Origin: an uncultured Bacilli bacterium
GTDB taxonomy: Bacteria; Bacillota_I; Bacilli_A; RF39; UBA660
Direction of reading: 5' to 3'
Assembly (NCBI GenBank): GCA_934120015.1
Contig: CAKOTD010000001.1
Coordinates: forward strand, 836 to 64,835
Length of the DNA stretch: 64,000 bases
The notes beneath the pieces were generated by a model. That model ran no database searches, was not told the DNA's origin, and saw only the letters and a program-made list of their open reading frames with translations. Shown piece after piece: positions 1 to 10,802 of this stretch; positions within the stretch are counted from its first letter, which is position 1, and each line of letters opens with the position of its first letter. The translations under genes and the position numbers were made by a program.

Positions 1-726
1 CAAAAAATTTAACTCTTCTTTTAGGTAATACTCTTTTTTATAATAATTCATTATGGTTTTTAAGTTAATTAAAATATCAAATACTCTATAGTCCATTGTT
101 GTAGTTTCACTATTGCCATGAATAACATAATAATAATATGGTTTTTCAATTCTACCTATTAAGTTACTCTTTAATAAAGCTTTTGCTACAAATGGAAAAT
201 CCTCATACTTTATATTTTCTTCAAAATAAATATTATTTTTAATTAGCATCTCTCTTCTAAAAAACTTAGCACATGGACCATATTCAATTAAAAATAATAT
301 TTTAGGATTGGTTTTAACATTTCCTATTTTAAATTTACTACCTTTAAATTCAGTTATATTTCCATTTAAATCTTTATAATAAGTTCCTGTAACTAAATCC
401 ATATCATTCTTCTTAGCATATTTATAAAATTTTTCAAACATTTCTTTGTCTATATAATCATCACTATCTACAAATGTAATATATTCACCACTTGCTTTTG
501 AAATACCTATATTTCTTGATTTTCCAATACCTTCATTATGTTTATTTATAATAGTAATATTAGGATTTTTATTATATTCCTTAAGAATTTTTCTTGTATT
601 ATCGGTACTGCCATCATTAATTACAATTATCTCTATTTTATCTAATGTTTGATTAATAATAGAATCAAGACATTTTTTTATACTACTTTCAGCGTTATAT
701 ACAGGAATAATCACACTTACCTTCAT
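1..726 (-). CDS. Family 2 glycosyltransferase; N-terminal 242 codons in window, C-terminus runs off the left edge
   Basis: My own translation from the ATG at 726 gives MKVSVIIPVYNAESSIKKCLDSIINQT..VINDGSTD..FVDSDDY, a GT2 signature. The frame stays open to position 1 and a GGAGA RBS lies upstream. It is absent from the ORF track because no stop falls in the window. Confidence 0.85.
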   Translation of the reverse strand, partial: MKVSVIIPVYNAESSIKKCLDSIINQTLDKIEIIVINDGSTDNTRKILKEYNKNPNITIINKHNEGIGKSRNIGISKASGEYITFVDSDDYIDKEMFEKFYKYAKKNDMDLVTGTYYKDLNGNITEFKGSKFKIGNVKTNPKILFLIEYGPCAKFFRREMLIKNNIYFEENIKYEDFPFVAKALLKSNLIGRIEKPYYYYVIHGNSETTTMDYRVFDILINLKTIMNYYKKEYYLKEELNFL

Positions 727-743
727 AAATACAGTTCTCCAAT

Positions 744-2567
744 CTATAATTTTTGATCAAAACCACTTCTCTTAAATAGCCTTTCAAGATCATAATTAGA
801 ATAAAAAATAATTGTAGGTCTTCCATGAGGACAATTATAGGGATTATGGCATTTACGTAAATCACTAATTAAATTTTCCATTTCTTCCATTGTAATGTTT
901 TCATTTGCTTTTATTGACATTTTACAAGCCATCGTTGCTGCTACTTTATCATTAAATTTTGCTATATCAAAATCTTTTTCTTTTTGAATAACTAAATCTA
1001 ATATTTTCTTTATTGCTTCATCTTCATAACCCTTTGGAAGCCATGTAGGATGTTCTTTGACAATAATAGAATTTAAACCAAATTCTTCTATAGTAAAGCC
1101 CATATTCTTCAAAAATTCAAAATTTTCTTTTATAATTAGAAATTCAGTGCTTGTATATTCGATTGTCAAAGGAAAAAGCATTTGAATCATTACTTTAGAA
1201 GGATTAGATAATTTTTCACTACAAACTTCATAATTAATTCTTTCTTTAGCAGCGTGCTGATCAATTAAATACATTCCTTTTTCATTTTGACAAATGATAT
1301 AAGTTCCATGTACTAAACCCACCGGATATAGTTCTGGTATATCCTCTTTATCATCAGCCTTTTTTATATTTTCGTATACAGTTTCCTGGTCACTTACTCT
1401 TTCTAAGTTTAATGTGACTTTCTCATATTTATCCTTATCAGATTTTACCTCTTTAGTTTTATCTTGATTAAAATCTATCTCATCTATACTTTTAGTAATA
1501 GAGGGTTTTGTATCATAAATAGGATATTCTTCAACACCTTCACTTACAACTTCCATACTAACTTCTGGGATTAAAATTTTTTTATCAAGAGCCTTTTTAA
1601 TCATATTACTTATTAGTAATGTTAATTCCTCAAATTTACTAAATTTTATATCCATTTTAGTTGGGTGAACATTTACATCTACTAAACTTGGATCTAAGTT
1701 TATATTTAAAACTACTATAGGATATCTATTATCAGGTTTATATGAATGATAACTATCGTTTATTACTCTGTTTAAATCAATGTTCTTTACAATTCTTCCA
1801 TTAACTAAAGTAATAATATGATTTCTACTAGCTCTATGTACTTCTGGAAGTGTAATATAACCACTAATTATATAGTCACTATCTTCAGCCTTTACTTCAA
1901 TCATCTTTTTTACAACATCAATACCATATATACATGAAATTGTTTTTAATAAGTTATTAGTCCCATCTGTTTTTAGAATAACATTTCCATTATTAGATAA
2001 TGTAAATCTGATTTCTGGATGAGAAAGTGCTAATTTATTAATATATTCAGTTATATAAGCTAATTCAGCATATAAACTCTTTAAATGTTTAAGTCTAGCT
2101 GGGGTATTATAAAATAAATTCCTAACGGAAATTATAGTACCTTTTCTTAAATCTCCTCTTTCAACACTTTCAATTTTTCCACCATTTATTTTAATAATAG
2201 TACCCATATTTCCTTCAGATGTTTTTAATTCAATTTCACTGACACTAGCTATAGAAGCAAGTGCTTCACCCCTAAAACCTAAAGTATTTATATGAAATAA
2301 ATCATCTTCAGATAATAATTTACTAGTAGCATGCCTGCAAAAAGACAATTTAGCATCTTCTTCAGACATACCACAACCATTATCAGTTATTTTAATTTCT
2401 CTAGTTCCAGCATCTATTAACTCAATTTTAATTTCTGTACTTTTAGCATCTATACTATTTTCGGTAAGTTCCTTAACAACTGATGCACACCTCTCAACTA
2501 CCTCACCTGCTGCTATTTTATTAGCCAGCAATTCATCCATAACTTTTATTTTTGCCATACTTAACAC
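744..2567 (-). CDS. mutL: DNA mismatch repair protein MutL
   Basis: N-terminus IKVMDELLANKIAAGEVVERCASVVKELTENSIDA plus DNGCGM and GFRGEAL, the GHKL ATPase motifs of MutL. The length of 607 aa is typical. Confidence 0.95.
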   Translation of the reverse strand: MLSMAKIKVMDELLANKIAAGEVVERCASVVKELTENSIDAKSTEIKIELIDAGTREIKITDNGCGMSEEDAKLSFCRHATSKLLSEDDLFHINTLGFRGEALASIASVSEIELKTSEGNMGTIIKINGGKIESVERGDLRKGTIISVRNLFYNTPARLKHLKSLYAELAYITEYINKLALSHPEIRFTLSNNGNVILKTDGTNNLLKTISCIYGIDVVKKMIEVKAEDSDYIISGYITLPEVHRASRNHIITLVNGRIVKNIDLNRVINDSYHSYKPDNRYPIVVLNINLDPSLVDVNVHPTKMDIKFSKFEELTLLISNMIKKALDKKILIPEVSMEVVSEGVEEYPIYDTKPSITKSIDEIDFNQDKTKEVKSDKDKYEKVTLNLERVSDQETVYENIKKADDKEDIPELYPVGLVHGTYIICQNEKGMYLIDQHAAKERINYEVCSEKLSNPSKVMIQMLFPLTIEYTSTEFLIIKENFEFLKNMGFTIEEFGLNSIIVKEHPTWLPKGYEDEAIKKILDLVIQKEKDFDIAKFNDKVAATMACKMSIKANENITMEEMENLISDLRKCHNPYNCPHGRPTIIFYSNYDLERLFKRSGFDQKL

Positions 2568-2627
2568 CTCATTATAACTAATTATATCATTTTAAATTGC
2601 AAAAAAAAAGAAGTAGATTCTTTTTCT

Positions 2628-3317
2628 TTACTTGACTACACTTTTTAATCTTCTAATAACTTTCTTTTCAATTCGTGATATATATGATTGACTGATACCA
2701 AGTAAACTTGCAACATCTTTTTGTGTCATCTCATCATAATTATATAATCCATATCTTAGTACCATTATTTGCTTATCTCTATCATTTAATTTATTGATTT
2801 CTTTATACAGAAGTCCCTTGTTCGTTTCTTCCTCAATTCCTTTTGTTACAATATCTGATTCTGTCCCTAATATATCCTCAAGTCTAAGTTCATTACCCTC
2901 TGCATCATAACTTAAATTATCTTCAAAACTAACCTCACCTTTTCTTCTTTTGTTTTTTCTCAAATACATAAGAATTTCATTATCAATACACCTAGATGCA
3001 TATGTAGCTAATTTAATATTTTTATCCAATTTATATGTGTTTATACCTTTTATTAAGCCAATACTTCCAATACTAACTAAATCTTCCAAATCAAGTCCTG
3101 TATTTTCATATTTTTTAGATAAGAATACTACCAACCTAAGATTATGCTCAATTAACTTGTTTCTGGCCGTTTCATCACCATTAGTTGCAGCATCTACAAG
3201 TCTATATTCTTCTTCTCTTGACAAAGGTTCAGGTAATTTATCTGTACTTCCGACAAAGAAGATATCTTTGTCAAAATGAAAAAATTCTAAAATCTTTCTA
3301 ATCAAATTTTTTAACAT
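2628..3317 (-). CDS. sigE: Sporulation sigma factor SigE (pro-sigma-E)
   Basis: Sigma-70 regions 2-4 are present (NLRLVVFLSKKY, YASRCIDNEI, QKDVASLLGISQSYISRIEK). An N-terminal pro-sequence is present and the gene sits immediately downstream of spoIIGA. Confidence 0.9.
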   Translation of the reverse strand: MLKNLIRKILEFFHFDKDIFFVGSTDKLPEPLSREEEYRLVDAATNGDETARNKLIEHNLRLVVFLSKKYENTGLDLEDLVSIGSIGLIKGINTYKLDKNIKLATYASRCIDNEILMYLRKNKRRKGEVSFEDNLSYDAEGNELRLEDILGTESDIVTKGIEEETNKGLLYKEINKLNDRDKQIMVLRYGLYNYDEMTQKDVASLLGISQSYISRIEKKVIRRLKSVVK

Positions 3318-3318
3318 A

Positions 3319-4110
3319 TTATTCCTCCAATAATTTATTATTAATAATACAATCTACTCCATCTATACTAATATTAAAATCTAATAAGCCTACTAAAAAA
3401 TTAGTTTTTATACCTATTCCATCTATATCTACTTTTTTCACTTTTATACATTTTAATAAACCATCTCCATTTACAGTTTTATATGGAACTAAAACCATTT
3501 TAAATTCATTTATATCAAATAATATTTTTCTTTTATCAAGTAATATAATTGTTCTTTTTTTATAAGGATCTACAAGTTTATTACCTGTATCCAAAAATGC
3601 ATTAAGATTTAAAACTTCATTTTCATTTAGATATAAATTTAATTTATAATATTGGTTATAGTTTACCTTTAACAATTTATATTGTTTAATATAAATATAT
3701 AAAATAATTGGTGATACTATGATTAAAAAAACAATATTTATACTTAATCCATTGTGATAAAAAATAATTCCATTGTTTTTATATGAAAACTGAATATTCA
3801 AAAAATATAAAAAGCCTCCTAATACAATCCCTAATAAATATAAATAGAGAATGTTTTTTATTGTATATTTTATGTCTCTATACCCAAATGAAACAAGAAT
3901 CATAAAAATACTAATAATTACCTTAAAACAAAATAAAGTAAATGATGTCATCTTAATAAATAAACATAATATAGTAAAACTTCCAATAAATGCTCCTAAA
4001 ATAATTCTATTTACTTTTGTATTTCTTTTCAGGATTAGGGAAACACTAAGTAATAATAAAAAATCAAATATAAAATTTATTATTAATACCATATCTAAAT
4101 ATATTTTCAT
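3319..4110 (-). CDS. spoIIGA: Sigma-E processing aspartic peptidase SpoIIGA
   Basis: Five N-terminal TM helices and the FLDTGN aspartic protease motif. The start was moved to the ATG at 4110 (MKIYLDMVLIINF, like Bacillus MKIYLD) with a GGTGA RBS 5 nt upstream. The track start at 4119 is a GTG lying inside that RBS. Confidence 0.9.
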   Translation of the reverse strand: MKIYLDMVLIINFIFDFLLLLSVSLILKRNTKVNRIILGAFIGSFTILCLFIKMTSFTLFCFKVIISIFMILVSFGYRDIKYTIKNILYLYLLGIVLGGFLYFLNIQFSYKNNGIIFYHNGLSINIVFLIIVSPIILYIYIKQYKLLKVNYNQYYKLNLYLNENEVLNLNAFLDTGNKLVDPYKKRTIILLDKRKILFDINEFKMVLVPYKTVNGDGLLKCIKVKKVDIDGIGIKTNFLVGLLDFNISIDGVDCIINNKLLEE

Positions 4111-4131
4111 TTTTATCACCTAATATAGTAT

Positions 4132-4164
4132 AAAAAACTGACACATAAATTTGTGTCAGTTTTT
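4132..4164 (-). terminator. Perfect 8-bp hairpin (CTGACACA/TGTGTCAG) flanked by A6 and T5 runs; bidirectional-looking terminator after ftsZ
   Basis: Read directly as aaaaaaCTGACACAtaaattTGTGTCAGttttt, located 20 nt after the ftsZ stop. Confidence 0.7.
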
Positions 4165-4183
4165 AGTTTCAACTAAATTTTTT

Positions 4184-5260
4184 TTAAAATCCTCTTTTTC
4201 TTAAAAATGCAGGAATATCATCATCATCTGAACTATCACCATTATTATCATCTATAACTGGTTCTGCTTTATATTGTTCTCTTTTACCATAAGATTGATA
4301 AACAGGCTCTGTATTATCATCAAAACCAGTAGCAATAACGGTAACGATTATTTCGTCATTTAAATTTTCATTTATAACAGCTCCAAAAATAGTATTCATA
4401 TCAGTATTAGCAGATGTACGAATAATTTCAGCAGCTTCTTCTACTTCAAATAAAGTTAAATTAGAACCACCTGTTACATTTATAATGGCATCTGTTGCTC
4501 CACTAATGCTAGTTTCAAGAAGAGGACTTTCAACAGCTTGTTTAGCTGCATCGGCAGCCCTAGTTTCTCCTACGCCAATACCTATACCGATAAGAGCATT
4601 ACCTCTTTTTTGCATTACAGCTTTAACATCTGCAAAGTCCAAGTTAATAAGTCCAGCAACAGCAATTAAATCAGAAATTGATTGAACACCTCTTCTTAGT
4701 ACATTATCTACTTCTTTAAAAGATTCTAGAAGTGGTGTTGTCTTATCAATTAAATCTCTCAAACGATCATTTGGTATAACAATTAAAGTATCAACATGTT
4801 TCTTTAATTCTTCAAGCCCACTTATAGCTTGTTCCATTCTTTTTTTACCTTCAAAAGAAAATGGTTTAGTAACAATTCCAACTGTCAATGCACCCATCTC
4901 CTGAGCAATTTGAGCAATAACAGGAGAGGCACCTGTACCAGTTCCCCCACCCATACCACAGGTAACAAATACCATATCAGCACCTTCTAAGGCTTGTTCA
5001 ATTTCATTTTTTGACTCAAGAGCCGCTTCTTTACCAACATTAGGATTAGCACCTGCACCTAAACCATTAGTAAGTGCAGTCCCTATTTGGATTTTTACTG
5101 GTGCAAGCGATGAATTTAATACTTGCAAATCAGTATTGGCAACAATGAAATCCACTCCTTTAACTCCAGATTCAATCATCCTATTAACGGCATTACATCC
5201 ACCGCCACCTACACCAATTACTTTAATTTTTGCTAATTGATCCATTTCTAATTCAAACAT
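4184..5260 (-). CDS. ftsZ: Cell division GTPase FtsZ
   Basis: Tubulin signature [13 protein letters not shown]-terminal [17 protein letters not shown], and a C-terminal [11 protein letters not shown] peptide. Confidence 0.97.
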   Translation of the reverse strand: MFELEMDQLAKIKVIGVGGGGCNAVNRMIESGVKGVDFIVANTDLQVLNSSLAPVKIQIGTALTNGLGAGANPNVGKEAALESKNEIEQALEGADMVFVTCGMGGGTGTGASPVIAQIAQEMGALTVGIVTKPFSFEGKKRMEQAISGLEELKKHVDTLIVIPNDRLRDLIDKTTPLLESFKEVDNVLRRGVQSISDLIAVAGLINLDFADVKAVMQKRGNALIGIGIGVGETRAADAAKQAVESPLLETSISGATDAIINVTGGSNLTLFEVEEAAEIIRTSANTDMNTIFGAVINENLNDEIIVTVIATGFDDNTEPVYQSYGKREQYKAEPVIDDNNGDSSDDDDIPAFLRKRGF

Positions 5261-5271
5261 ACATATCCTCC

Positions 5272-6516
5272 TTATTCACCAAAAAAATATCCAAATACTT
5301 TACCTAACATTGTTTCATTAGAATTAGCATGACCTCTTTTTGTAGATGATAATTCATTTTCATCATCCCTAGTCATCATTGAATAATTATTTCCTTTTAA
5401 TTTTAATTTATTTATAAAATAAATAATATTACCTATAGCAGATGAATATTTATTATTTCGAACACCTATGACTCTAATATTACCAACTATTGTATCACCT
5501 AAAATTTCATTTGCTACAGCCTTAATATGTGGCATATTGCTTGTACCACCTGTTAATATTATATACTTAATTTCACGATTTGTTAAGATGTTAATTTGTT
5601 CTTTTACAAGTAACATTATTTGTTCAATTCTTGACATAACAATTTCTGATATTTCAAATTGATTAATTTTCTTTGTATTTCCATAAATATCAACAACTTC
5701 TCTAAACTCATTTGCACTTGCACCTTTTTTATGAGCAACAGCAAAATTTTCTTTTAAATCTCGAGCTACATTTGCATCAACTTTATACATATATGAAATA
5801 TCATTTTCAATACTTTTACCACCATACTGAATAATTGCATTTTTAACAGCAATACATTTATTATATAAAGTAACTGAAGTTATTTCAGAACCTATATTTA
5901 CAATTGCACCTACACTGCTTTCCATATCAGCATTTTTAAATGTATAAATATCTCCAATACCATTTAATGAAATGTCAACCACTTCAACTCCAAGATGTTC
6001 TATCAAGTTAGCAACAGAATAAATATTCTTTGTTGGTGTTGTAACCATTATTACTCTAGTTGCTAATGTATTGCCACTTAATCCTCTTGGATTACTTACC
6101 ATATCTCCATCATCAACTCTGAAATCAATAGGTACAATTGTCACCATCTCTCTATTAGGGGCTAAAGTAGAATGAACACATTTTTGAAATAAATCATTTA
6201 TTTCTTTGCTAGTTACGATTCCTTCGTCATTGTTGATATCAATGCTTTCTTCTATTTTGATATAGTCAGAAAAATAACTTGGAACTGAAGCAATAACTTT
6301 TTTAATTTTTACTCCAAGCATATCTTCAACATCAGAAAATGCTTTCTTTAAAGAAAATGCTGCTTCTTCAAAATCAACAATCAAACCTTTTTTTACACCT
6401 CTAGTTTTTGTTGAAGAAGCCGCTAGTAAATTGAGCTTATTCTTACATAATTCAAAAACAACTATTTTAATTGTATCCGAACCAATATCAACACTAGTAT
6501 AAATATGCTTCACCAT
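5272..6516 (-). CDS. ftsA: Cell division protein FtsA
   Basis: Actin-like ATPase with [11 protein letters not shown] and [11 protein letters not shown] motifs, lying immediately upstream of ftsZ. Confidence 0.93.
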   Translation of the reverse strand: MVKHIYTSVDIGSDTIKIVVFELCKNKLNLLAASSTKTRGVKKGLIVDFEEAAFSLKKAFSDVEDMLGVKIKKVIASVPSYFSDYIKIEESIDINNDEGIVTSKEINDLFQKCVHSTLAPNREMVTIVPIDFRVDDGDMVSNPRGLSGNTLATRVIMVTTPTKNIYSVANLIEHLGVEVVDISLNGIGDIYTFKNADMESSVGAIVNIGSEITSVTLYNKCIAVKNAIIQYGGKSIENDISYMYKVDANVARDLKENFAVAHKKGASANEFREVVDIYGNTKKINQFEISEIVMSRIEQIMLLVKEQINILTNREIKYIILTGGTSNMPHIKAVANEILGDTIVGNIRVIGVRNNKYSSAIGNIIYFINKLKLKGNNYSMMTRDDENELSSTKRGHANSNETMLGKVFGYFFGE

Positions 6517-6559
6517 ATCATCTCCTATAGTCTTATAGTAATTATACTATATAATAACT

Positions 6560-6592
6560 AAAAAAAAAAGAGAATTTTATGAAATTTCTCTT
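6560..6592 (-). terminator. Imperfect hairpin plus T9 run at the 3' end of the recX-like gene
   Basis: The minus strand reads GAGAAATTTcatAAAATTCTC followed by nine T. The hairpin overlaps the stop codon. Confidence 0.5.
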
Positions 6593-7344
6593 TTTTCCCA
6601 CTTTTCTGCTATATCTTCTCTAAAAAAACCCTTTTGCAATAACTTTCTAGTTATTACCTCTTTTAATTTAGCTTCATCATATTTTGAAGCATATTTTACA
6701 TATAATTTGTTAAATTCATGTGTTAAAGATATATCATCATCACAAGTTATATAATCATCTATATTAAAACTATCATAGCCTAGAAGATATAATTCATTGC
6801 TTATTTTTTTCTTTAACATATTTGTTGAATATTTATGGTTATTAGATGTTTTTTTTGAAACATAATTTTTAATTTTTTCATCGTAGATACTATGTTCAAT
6901 TAAACTTAATTCTTTTTCAATTATACTAGAATCCACATTTTTCTTTTCTAATTCTATCTTTATTTTATAAGGACCATCATTTGAAAATTTAAGCCTATCA
7001 TGGATATACGATTTTGCATACCTTTCATCATTGATTAAACCATTATTTTTAAGTTTGTTAATTATACTATCTATATTTATATCTGGTAAATTATAATCTA
7101 TAAGCTTTTTTCTTACTTCATACTCTGTTTTAAACTTCTTACTAATATCTTTCACTAATTTATCATATATTTCAAAAAAACTATTTTGTTTATTTATTGT
7201 TTCTAATAATTTATCATTAATTTCTTTTTCATATAATATATCATTATTTAAAATAACATCACCATATATATTAATAGATGATTTATCTTCTAACTCTAAT
7301 TTATATTTTCCATTTTTTTGTTTTTTGATTGCTTTTATTTTCAT
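6577..7344 (-). CDS. recX: RecX-like regulatory protein (tentative)
   Basis: Lys/Glu-rich helical-repeat protein of 255 aa. Segments such as ERYAKSYIHDRLKFSNDGPYKIKIELEKKNVD resemble RecX three-helix repeats. This is pattern recognition only. Confidence 0.45.
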   Translation of the reverse strand: MKIKAIKKQKNGKYKLELEDKSSINIYGDVILNNDILYEKEINDKLLETINKQNSFFEIYDKLVKDISKKFKTEYEVRKKLIDYNLPDINIDSIINKLKNNGLINDERYAKSYIHDRLKFSNDGPYKIKIELEKKNVDSSIIEKELSLIEHSIYDEKIKNYVSKKTSNNHKYSTNMLKKKISNELYLLGYDSFNIDDYITCDDDISLTHEFNKLYVKYASKYDEAKLKEVITRKLLQKGFFREDIAEKWEKREIS

Positions 7345-8119
7345 ATACTTCCTCCATATTAAATAACATATTTAATATATTATGATAATCTTCATCATCT
7401 GTACAAACAGCATCAAAATATTGCATATATGTATCTTTTTTACTGCCAGTATCATCTGTCAGAAAACCTATAGAATAAAGATTTTCATAACAGAAATTCT
7501 TTGATACATTTATATCTTCAATTTGATCACCAAAAACTAACAGGTTTCTAAAACACTTTAGATGATCTGGAAGAAAAATACTTTCTTTTTCCATACTAGT
7601 TATAATAGGACCATCTATTTTAAATAAACTATCTTCATAAATAATATTATTAGAAAAAATATAAATATTATCTAATAAATATCCTTTTTGATATAAAGAA
7701 TTTTTTATAATATTTCCAACTCCTGCTGATACAATGATTATTGGTATATTGTTTTTATTTGCAAAACTAAATAATTCGTAGATGCCTTTTTTAAAATCTA
7801 TAACCCCTTTTTGATTTATTACAGCATCAAATGTTTCTTCACTAATATTATACTTATTAAGAGCAAGAATTTGCTTTTTTACCCATTCTAGCATTTTCTT
7901 TCTTCTATAATTAAAATCTAAATTGTAATTAATCTCAATTTCACGATAAATTTTATATAGATTATCACTATTAACAATATAATCTTTACCAATTTTCTCA
8001 CTTATTTCAATTGCTTTCCAAGAAGTTACACTATTACTGGAAGTAATAGTCCTATCAAAATCAAAAACAAAACAGCAATCTTTTAATCCATTTTTATATT
8101 CATTATTAATATATATCAT
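7301..8119 (-). CDS. HAD-superfamily hydrolase, pyrimidine 5'-nucleotidase (UMPH-1)-like
   Basis: HAD motif I FVFDFDRTIT, motif SAG (IIIVSAGVGN) and a GD motif (LVFGDQIED). The start was moved to the ATG at 8119 (MIYINNEY), which has an AAAGGTGA RBS. Confidence 0.6.
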   Translation of the reverse strand: MIYINNEYKNGLKDCCFVFDFDRTITSSNSVTSWKAIEISEKIGKDYIVNSDNLYKIYREIEINYNLDFNYRRKKMLEWVKKQILALNKYNISEETFDAVINQKGVIDFKKGIYELFSFANKNNIPIIIVSAGVGNIIKNSLYQKGYLLDNIYIFSNNIIYEDSLFKIDGPIITSMEKESIFLPDHLKCFRNLLVFGDQIEDINVSKNFCYENLYSIGFLTDDTGSKKDTYMQYFDAVCTDDEDYHNILNMLFNMEEVYENKSNQKTKKWKI

Positions 8120-8306
8120 TTTATCACCTTTTTCTACATGCTTAATAATATGCACTTATTATCAGAGTTATCACCATCTTGGTAATATCAATTATATTGT
8201 ACCTATATACGAGTGTCAATAGATTTAATTATTTCTGTTCTTTCCTGATATATAAAAAATATGTAATATAGTATATTACATACTTTAAACAAATAGTTAG
8301 AAATAT

Positions 8307-8753
8307 TTAATTATTTTTTCTTTTACTATTATTTTTTAATATATCTCTAATTTCTTCAAGTAAAACTATATCTTCAGACTTTACATTTTGAGTAGCAGTC
8401 TCTTCTTTGATGTTTTCTTTCTTTTTGGTAATTTTGTTGACAATCTTAACCAAGAAAAAGACACAAAGAGCAACTATCAAAAAATCTATTATATTTTGGA
8501 TAAAATTACCATATTTAATAGTAGCCTCTCCAACCTTAATACTTAAATTAGAAAAATCAAGTCCACCTATTATCATTCCAATTAATGGCATTAAAATATC
8601 ATCTACAACTGATGAAACAATTTTTCCGAATGCTCCACCTATTATTACACCAACTGCAAGATCTATAACATTTCCTCTTGCAATAAATTGTTTAAATTCT
8701 CCTATTGTTTTATTTCCTGCACTAATTATTTCCTTTTTACTTACCTTTTTCAT
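8307..8753 (-). CDS. mscL: Large-conductance mechanosensitive channel MscL
   Basis: [40 protein letters not shown] is the canonical MscL TM1 region, and there are two TM helices. Confidence 0.92.
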   Translation of the reverse strand: MKKVSKKEIISAGNKTIGEFKQFIARGNVIDLAVGVIIGGAFGKIVSSVVDDILMPLIGMIIGGLDFSNLSIKVGEATIKYGNFIQNIIDFLIVALCVFFLVKIVNKITKKKENIKEETATQNVKSEDIVLLEEIRDILKNNSKRKNN

Positions 8754-8794
8754 ATAGCCTCCATAATCATTTTAACATATTAATTCATAAAAAA

Positions 8795-8956
8795 CTAGTG
8801 TTTAAAATGATTCAATTTTATTACTTTTTGTATTTTATGACTATTACTTTTATGAAATCTACGATAATATTCTAACATAATAGATTCATTTGACATTGCT
8901 TTTTCCTCATTCATTTTAACAATTGTTTCTTTTAAATTTTCAAGTTTTTCTTTCAT
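8795..8956 (-). CDS. Unlisted 53-aa ORF translationally coupled to the kinase-like gene
   Basis: My own translation gives MKEKLENLKETIVKMNEEKAMSNESIMLEYYRRFHKSNSHKIQKVIKLNHFKH. Its ATG starts 1 nt after the upstream TAG (TAGtATG). It is below the track size cut-off. Confidence 0.4.
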   Translation of the reverse strand: MKEKLENLKETIVKMNEEKAMSNESIMLEYYRRFHKSNSHKIQKVIKLNHFKH

Positions 8957-8957
8957 A

Positions 8958-9728
8958 CTATATCTCCTTTTTAACTAATATTTTATTATCAAAATCATGT
9001 GTGAAAACTAATTCATCAAAATATGGTAACTCATTTAAAACAGTTTGAACATCTTTTAAATCAAGTATAATATCCCTCAAGTTTTCAAGTGTTTTACCTT
9101 TCAAAAACAAATTATCATATTCTTCTATATTTATATCATCAATATCTCTTATACCTATAATTGATAAAAAAACAAATATTAGTGATAATTTATCCATATT
9201 TTTACTAAGAACAAAATTTAATTCTTTTCTTTTTAAATAATATGTATAAACTTTTTTATATATTGTATCAGCTGCATATTTACCAATTTGTACGCTATCA
9301 AAATCAACGATTCTAAAATCTAAGTTTCTATCAATTATTATATTTGCATCATTTAAATCACTAACAATAATATTTCTATCATCATTATGAATATCTCTTA
9401 ATGCTAAGCTTATCCTATAAAATAAGTTTATAATTTCTCCTAAATTCTTTCTAAAAACATACAAATCATAAAGTGGAACCATATCTGTCATATATTCCAT
9501 TTCATAACCTATAAATTTACCATTCCTATATATTTTTTTATCAGGCATAACTACATTTTCTAATTTATTTTGAGTAAGTAGACAATCTATTTTATTTTGT
9601 TTGTTTTCGATAATTCTCTCATTATCTGTTTTAAAAATCTTATACATTCTATTTTTACAATAAAACAAATTTCCTTCACTATGACAACCATAGTTATATG
9701 ATTTTAAATCTGACAAACTTTTATTCAT
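8958..9728 (-). CDS. Small protein-kinase-like (ePK-fold) protein
   Basis: Lys in MYKIFK (beta3-like), catalytic-loop-like IIVSDLNDANIII (D..N) and a VDFDS sequence in the DFG position. Confidence 0.5.
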   Translation of the reverse strand: MNKSLSDLKSYNYGCHSEGNLFYCKNRMYKIFKTDNERIIENKQNKIDCLLTQNKLENVVMPDKKIYRNGKFIGYEMEYMTDMVPLYDLYVFRKNLGEIINLFYRISLALRDIHNDDRNIIVSDLNDANIIIDRNLDFRIVDFDSVQIGKYAADTIYKKVYTYYLKRKELNFVLSKNMDKLSLIFVFLSIIGIRDIDDINIEEYDNLFLKGKTLENLRDIILDLKDVQTVLNELPYFDELVFTHDFDNKILVKKEI

Positions 9729-9807
9729 CTTAGCAACACCTCAAATGAGTACTATTCTATCACAAATAAAAATACAAAACAAGAAAAAAAGTATCAAGTG
9801 ATACTAT

Positions 9808-10725
9808 TTATTTGATTAAACTTATTTTATAACCTTTATTATCAAGAATATCAATAATACCGCTTTTGCCTACAACATGGGCGGCACCTACTACTACAAA
9901 AACATTTTTATCGTTTTTAAGGTATGATTCAATAGCGTTTGCCATAACAACATTTCTATCTTGAAGCATAGCATTGTTATATATTATTTCTTCTTCTGTC
10001 ATATTTTCTTCCGTCTGTTCCTCATTTAAAATATTAACAATCTTTTCTGGGTCTCCTGTTAAATATACTCTATATAGTTCCATTGATAATTCTTTTAATT
10101 TATCATAATTATCAATATTCTCTTCAAGCATTTTAATATATAATTCATCTGAATAATCTGTAAAAAATGCTAACTGGGATTCAAGTGTTTCAATCGAAAT
10201 GATTTCCTTATTCTCATTATGAGCAAGTTTTAAAAAATAAGAATCAACACCTTCATTCAACATTCCATTTTCTATATATGGTAAAAGAGAAATTACATCT
10301 ATAATAAATCCTGGTATATATTTTTTATATTGTTCATAAGGAAAAAATAGATGATTTTGTGAAAATTGTTCAAGTTTTTCTTTTAAAGATTCTGATATGT
10401 AGTCGTCCAATGTTTTATTATCAGAAATTAAAAACATTTTTTCATCTATTTTAGCATCTGTTGTGTCAACTTCCACAGCAAGAGCATCACTATCATTGTA
10501 AGCTTCTAATACAATACTATTAAATTTTTCGATTTTTTCATCACCTAGGTGCATTGATCCAACTAAATAATTACAATTATTATCATCACATACTTTATAC
10601 ATAATAGGTGTATAACTAAAATCTTTTTCTTTTTTACCATTTTTATTATTAAATAATAGCAAAGTAGTAATTATAAGGGTGAGTACTACTAAAAATATGC
10701 ATATACTAATTTTTTTTATTTTCAT
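9808..10725 (-). CDS. TraB/GumN family protein with N-terminal membrane anchor
   Basis: VGSMHLGDE near the N-terminus and VVGAAHVVGKSGII near the C-terminus are the hallmark TraB/GumN motifs. Confidence 0.7.
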   Translation of the reverse strand: MKIKKISICIFLVVLTLIITTLLLFNNKNGKKEKDFSYTPIMYKVCDDNNCNYLVGSMHLGDEKIEKFNSIVLEAYNDSDALAVEVDTTDAKIDEKMFLISDNKTLDDYISESLKEKLEQFSQNHLFFPYEQYKKYIPGFIIDVISLLPYIENGMLNEGVDSYFLKLAHNENKEIISIETLESQLAFFTDYSDELYIKMLEENIDNYDKLKELSMELYRVYLTGDPEKIVNILNEEQTEENMTEEEIIYNNAMLQDRNVVMANAIESYLKNDKNVFVVVGAAHVVGKSGIIDILDNKGYKISLIK

Positions 10726-10802
10726 AATTAATCACATCTTCCATACAAATATTATAACAAATAAAACAATAATTGTATATATGTTAATTATTTTGATTTA
10801 AC

